64,000 nucleotides of DNA from Candidatus Enterousia sp. (GTDB taxonomy: Bacteria > Pseudomonadota > Alphaproteobacteria > Rs-D84): the NCBI GenBank assembly GCA_045646625.1, contig JAZRLB010000019.1:13396-77395 (forward strand). The letters are read 5' to 3'. The translations under genes and the position numbers were made by a program. A model generated the notes under the pieces. It searched no databases, had not been told where the DNA came from, and saw nothing but the letters and a program-made list of their open reading frames with translations. Within the stretch, counting starts at the first letter, position 1, and each line of letters opens with the position of its first letter. Shown here piece by piece: positions 60,259 to 64,000 of this stretch.

Positions 60259-62259
60259 CTATTTTGATAATTTTTTCATTGAAAAAATAGCAACAACAGC
60301 CACCATTAAAACAATGATCATCCACCCATTCAATCCAATTGCACGATATAGTGTTTTATGTGCCCCCCAAACAAACCCATCCAGCACCCCACGCATTCCG
60401 ACCGGCAATGCAGAAACAATTGCACCGTCGGCCCCAACAAACGAACTGACACCCGAATAATTTGCACGAACGATGGGCAATCCTGATTCAATTGCATATC
60501 GACGCACCATATCCAAATGCTGATACGTACCTGGCGTATTTCCGAACCAGTTATCATTAGTCAAATTTACAATCGCCCCCACCCCATCAGCATTTTCCGG
60601 CAACAAAGAATCAGAAAAAATCACCTCATAGCAAATCGCAGGCGCAAAAACAAAATCATCAACCGCTATTAATTCTGGCCCGTTTCCTGGCACTAAATTC
60701 ACGGGCCCCGGAAAAAATCCCATTGGTCTATATTCACCAAACGGCACCAAATGCGACTTGCTGTAAATCTGCTTTAACCTACCATTCTCATCAATCACCA
60801 CCATTGAATTAGACACACCGTCCGCACCAATGGTATTTGCCCCCATAATAACAGGTCGCCCGATAAGTTTCGCAAATTCAAAACTATCATTCGTCACAAC
60901 CGCATATGGATATGTTGTTTCTGGAATTACGATTAAATCAGGCGTTCCCGGTTGCAATGCAAGATCTATTAAATTACGCATATTCAACTCTGCACGCTGC
61001 AACGCCTCTATTCGACTGTGCGTTGCCTTATCCAATTGCGATGCAGCGGGCTGAACAATACGAATTATCTGACCTGGTGCATCTGCGCCAACATCTGATT
61101 TTTGCATATTTTTTTCGCCATAAATCGCACCAAACACCGCCGCCCCAACAAACAGCGCCAACACCAGCCAACACTTAAAACACCTTTTGTTGCGAAACAC
61201 CTCAACCATTGCGGCAAGAATACCAACCAAAACAAACGTCAATCCAATCGCGCCCCACAATGCCATAGAATTTGCAAGTTCGGGCCACGGCATAGTTATA
61301 TTTGCAACTGGATTCCACGGGAAACCAGTAAACAGCCATTCACGCGCCCACAAAACCAGGGTCCACACACACGCAAACAAAACGGCACGTCCTGCCGCGG
61401 GTATATTTCGACGGCCCACCGCGACAAAAGGCCATGAAAATATTGCCGCCCCAGCAATCGCCAAACCCAATAATCCTGGCACCGTCCAAATTGCGAACTG
61501 CTGGGTTAATTCAGGCACAACATAAATCGAATGCAACACCCACCAAAAACTGGCAACTGCATACATCGCCCCAAATGGCGCAACACGAATAAACGCGCGC
61601 CAAAAACCACCAATATTCTTATTTCGAACGGTCAACCAATATGCCCCCATAATACCAACAATCGTCCACCACCAATGATAAAAAGGTGCGAACCCAAAAC
61701 TGGCAACCCCACCAAACAGTGCGTATAGCGCGTATTGCCAGAAACCATTTTCACGAATTTTGAACTTATTTAAAAACGATAAAAATTTTCCACCTGGACA
61801 ACACACCCCATCTTTACAGGACGCATAGTCATCATCGGCATAAGGATTTTTTATTCCCATTTTTTTCAGCACACCTATTTCCTTCATTTCCATTATCACG
61901 GCCTCGTCATCTGATATATGATCATACCCCAGCAAATGAAACATCCCATGCACAACCATATGCGCCACATGGTCATGGAATGAAACTTCTGCCTGTTTGG
62001 CTTCTCGCTTAACCGTATCATAAGAAATATAAATATCCCCCAACAACACATCATCCCCCAATTCAAAGGACAATACATTTGTAGGTCTATCTACATTACG
62101 ATACGTCTTATTGATTTCATGAATTTCTGCATCATCTATCAGAATAATTGACACTTCTGCATTTTTACATTTTGCGCCAACGACCATATTTGCGATTTTT
62201 TCAAAATCGATTTTATATTTTTCCCAACGCTTATCATGAACATCAACATATACTTTCAT
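60259..62259 (-). CDS. lnt: Fusion protein: YbeY endoribonuclease (N-terminal ~140 aa) + apolipoprotein N-acyltransferase Lnt
   Basis: YbeY zinc motif HGMFHLLGYDH. Then polytopic Lnt with a CN-hydrolase domain (KSHLVPFGEY, PAICYEVIF). One uninterrupted 666-aa ORF. Confidence 0.85.
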   Translation of the reverse strand: MKVYVDVHDKRWEKYKIDFEKIANMVVGAKCKNAEVSIILIDDAEIHEINKTYRNVDRPTNVLSFELGDDVLLGDIYISYDTVKREAKQAEVSFHDHVAHMVVHGMFHLLGYDHISDDEAVIMEMKEIGVLKKMGIKNPYADDDYASCKDGVCCPGGKFLSFLNKFKIRENGFWQYALYALFGGVASFGFAPFYHWWWTIVGIMGAYWLTVRNKNIGGFWRAFIRVAPFGAMYAVASFWWVLHSIYVVPELTQQFAIWTVPGLLGLAIAGAAIFSWPFVAVGRRNIPAAGRAVLFACVWTLVLWAREWLFTGFPWNPVANITMPWPELANSMALWGAIGLTFVLVGILAAMVEVFRNKRCFKCWLVLALFVGAAVFGAIYGEKNMQKSDVGADAPGQIIRIVQPAASQLDKATHSRIEALQRAELNMRNLIDLALQPGTPDLIVIPETTYPYAVVTNDSFEFAKLIGRPVIMGANTIGADGVSNSMVVIDENGRLKQIYSKSHLVPFGEYRPMGFFPGPVNLVPGNGPELIAVDDFVFAPAICYEVIFSDSLLPENADGVGAIVNLTNDNWFGNTPGTYQHLDMVRRYAIESGLPIVRANYSGVSSFVGADGAIVSALPVGMRGVLDGFVWGAHKTLYRAIGLNGWMIIVLMVAVVAIFSMKKLSK

Positions 62260-62270
62260 ATCTCTTACAC

Positions 62271-63989
62271 CTATGCTAGGTTCCCATCAAACTCTTTCCC
62301 ATACAAGAAAATATCACGCTTTGCATTTTTCTGACGCAACTGCTGCACCCCAGAATTAAACGCCGTTTTCTTTTTACCACCACTCTGTGGCAAAGATTGC
62401 ATTGATTTTTGCACACGATTAATCGCCTTTTGATACGTCTGCTTTCTGGCATCAACCAAGTCATCCATCTGTGCATTTTCCAACGCTGTTTTATAATTCT
62501 TTGCCGCCAAGTCATAATTCCTGCGTGCTAGCGCAACATTACCCTGCCCCTGATAAATCTTACCCATCTCTTCACGCGCCAACCCTGCATTATAATACGA
62601 AGATGCCTTAACATCACGATCCAGCAGCAACGCCTTGTTCGCATTCATACGTGCATTTCCATCTTTAACCGCCTGCACACATTTTTCATAGTATTGAATC
62701 GACTTATTCTCATCCCCCAACTTCTTATATGCCAACGCCAAAGAACTATAGGCCTCCATATTATCTGCATCAGTCTCGATCGCCGCCAAATACAAATCTA
62801 CCGCCTGCTGATACTTTCCTGCTGCAAATGCCTTATCTGCATCATTCAACTTTTTCATTGAACCTTCTATCTGAACATCTTGCGCCGTCTGCTGTTCTAC
62901 TGCTAAATCTAAACTTGTTCTCTCTACCTGTCCTGCACTGACCTGCGCCAAGATATTTTTCCCCTCATCAAAGTCCGACAAAAATGTTTTAACGCTTGAC
63001 TTTTCGCCCATACGCGCACGATTCAATGCATATTCAATCGTCTCGGCCCCAAACAGAAAATGTCCATTTCTGTATACATTATTTATATTTATCTTTGAAA
63101 ATGCATCACGCGGCAATCCCAAAAAATCTTCTGCAGAAATCACACCAATCGCATATGCCGCGCACCACCACCGACGCTTTAATGTCCCTTCGCGCCATGT
63201 TTCTGCCCCTGGATAATACGAAAAAGCATCTACCAACTGCTGTACAGTCTGTGCATTTGAAATACGTCGGGCAATTTCCTTCATATCTGCCGGTCTTTGA
63301 TAACCCGCCATAACCAAGGCAACCGCCTGCTGCGCACCAATATTTTGCTTATTCAACGTTGCCTGTTTTAACGCTGGCAATGTTTCATACAACAAATGCC
63401 GCTTGCACTGTTCATAGTTCCCTGCCTTATCACGTGTCTTTGTCTGCCCCAGTGCATTTGCCTTTCTGTGCAAACGCCCTGCACTATCATACGTATACGT
63501 CCACGTACACCCCAGCCCATTTGTTTCGCGCGATTCACTGCCATGACGTTTTGGCGATGCCCGATATGTTTCCAATTCTGTCAATCCAACTGCAATCTCT
63601 GGCCAATATTCCGCCAACGCTTGCTTTGCAAACTGTACATCTTCTGGACTAATCGTCTGCAGATCTGCCGTCGACTCTATCAAATCAACAGAACCCACCG
63701 TCGAAATCGTTTCTGTTGCTACATCTTCCTTCTTATCTTCTATCTTTACTTCTTGTTTTGGTGCATCTGGTTCATCTTTGTCATTTTCTTGGATCAACGC
63801 ACGCCCACCAATCAACACACCAACCATCATGGCATAGTACACAACATAAGATGCCACCGCAGGATTTTTCTTTATCGCATTTGATAGCCCTGCATAAACC
63901 TTGCTGCCCTTTCCTTGGCCGGCCACGCGTATTTTCTTGTTTCCAATTCCCCGTTCCATCGCACGCAACGCAAGATTATCAATCAACAC
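62271..63989 (-). CDS. Membrane-anchored protein with lysozyme-like middle region and C-terminal TPR repeats (5' end may extend beyond window)
   Basis: TM segment VASYVVYYAMMVGVLIGG. ..TNGLGCTWTY..QQAVALVMAGYQ.. is loosely GH24-like. TPR-like AYSSLALAYKKLGDENKSIQYYEKC etc. No in-frame stop between 63989 and the window end. Confidence 0.55.
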   Translation of the reverse strand: MLIDNLALRAMERGIGNKKIRVAGQGKGSKVYAGLSNAIKKNPAVASYVVYYAMMVGVLIGGRALIQENDKDEPDAPKQEVKIEDKKEDVATETISTVGSVDLIESTADLQTISPEDVQFAKQALAEYWPEIAVGLTELETYRASPKRHGSESRETNGLGCTWTYTYDSAGRLHRKANALGQTKTRDKAGNYEQCKRHLLYETLPALKQATLNKQNIGAQQAVALVMAGYQRPADMKEIARRISNAQTVQQLVDAFSYYPGAETWREGTLKRRWWCAAYAIGVISAEDFLGLPRDAFSKININNVYRNGHFLFGAETIEYALNRARMGEKSSVKTFLSDFDEGKNILAQVSAGQVERTSLDLAVEQQTAQDVQIEGSMKKLNDADKAFAAGKYQQAVDLYLAAIETDADNMEAYSSLALAYKKLGDENKSIQYYEKCVQAVKDGNARMNANKALLLDRDVKASSYYNAGLAREEMGKIYQGQGNVALARRNYDLAAKNYKTALENAQMDDLVDARKQTYQKAINRVQKSMQSLPQSGGKKKTAFNSGVQQLRQKNAKRDIFLYGKEFDGNLA

Positions 63990-64000
63990 AACATTCAGCA

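Noticed and set aside
1-64000. Housekeeping ncRNAs (tmRNA, RNase P RNA, SRP/4.5S RNA, 6S RNA) in intergenic gaps
   Set aside because: I scanned the larger spacers by eye (16660-16853, 26492-26663, 39552-39742, 40806-40954, 52572-52719). I found none of the conserved core strings, such as the SRP GGAAG-containing helix 8 motif or the tmRNA tRNA-like ends. Covariance-model searches are needed to be sure.

Overview
This is a 64-kb chromosomal window from a moderately AT-rich diderm bacterium. All homology calls rest on motif recognition in the supplied translations; I ran no searches. Several local syntenies look alphaproteobacteria-like: uvrC-pgsA, ftsL-ftsI, tolB/pal, ftsEX-plsC, lnt...trmB, and an RHH_4 protein. 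Other genes are atypical for that class: CdaA diadenylate cyclase, NrnA, a 'GRSMIEML' pilin, and a CarboxypepD_reg-like domain. The lineage therefore cannot be fixed from sequence alone.

I support about 75 protein genes and 2 tRNAs (Phe-GAA, Lys-CUU). I saw no rRNA, CRISPR array, transposase or integrase.

- **Housekeeping:** most of the window is housekeeping. It includes pal, rplY, rsmD, tadA, ftsEX, plsC, tolB, fabD, dnaN, rluC, uvrC, pgsA, sufBC, ruvX, gatCAB, miaB, tatBC, lolA, nrnA, recJ, ftsI/ftsL, sufE/sufT/sufS, trxA, dksA, gltX, trmB and ybeY-lnt.
- **Outer membrane proteins:** there are at least six beta-barrel OMP genes.
- **Terminators:** there is a very uniform family of AAAATCCC-loop-GGGATTTT intrinsic terminators.

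The parts most worth a second look are:
1. An uncharacterised, translationally coupled four-gene operon at 57321-59440: a TM/Pro-rich protein, two unknowns and an RHH_4 protein.
2. A stand-alone TcpQ/PilL-like plus lipoprotein-secretin pair at 23901-26491, with no pilus machinery nearby.
3. Two distant secreted proteins (7212-8756, 59450-60244) that share a strongly conserved ~67-85 aa C-terminal module.
4. An unknown ORF wedged between gatC and gatA, plus an antisense tRNA-Phe unit between gatA and gatB.
5. A YbeY-Lnt fusion ORF.
6. A His-less SodC-like lipoprotein divergent from a mini-Dps-like gene.
7. A 44-bp tandemly repeated palindromic element.
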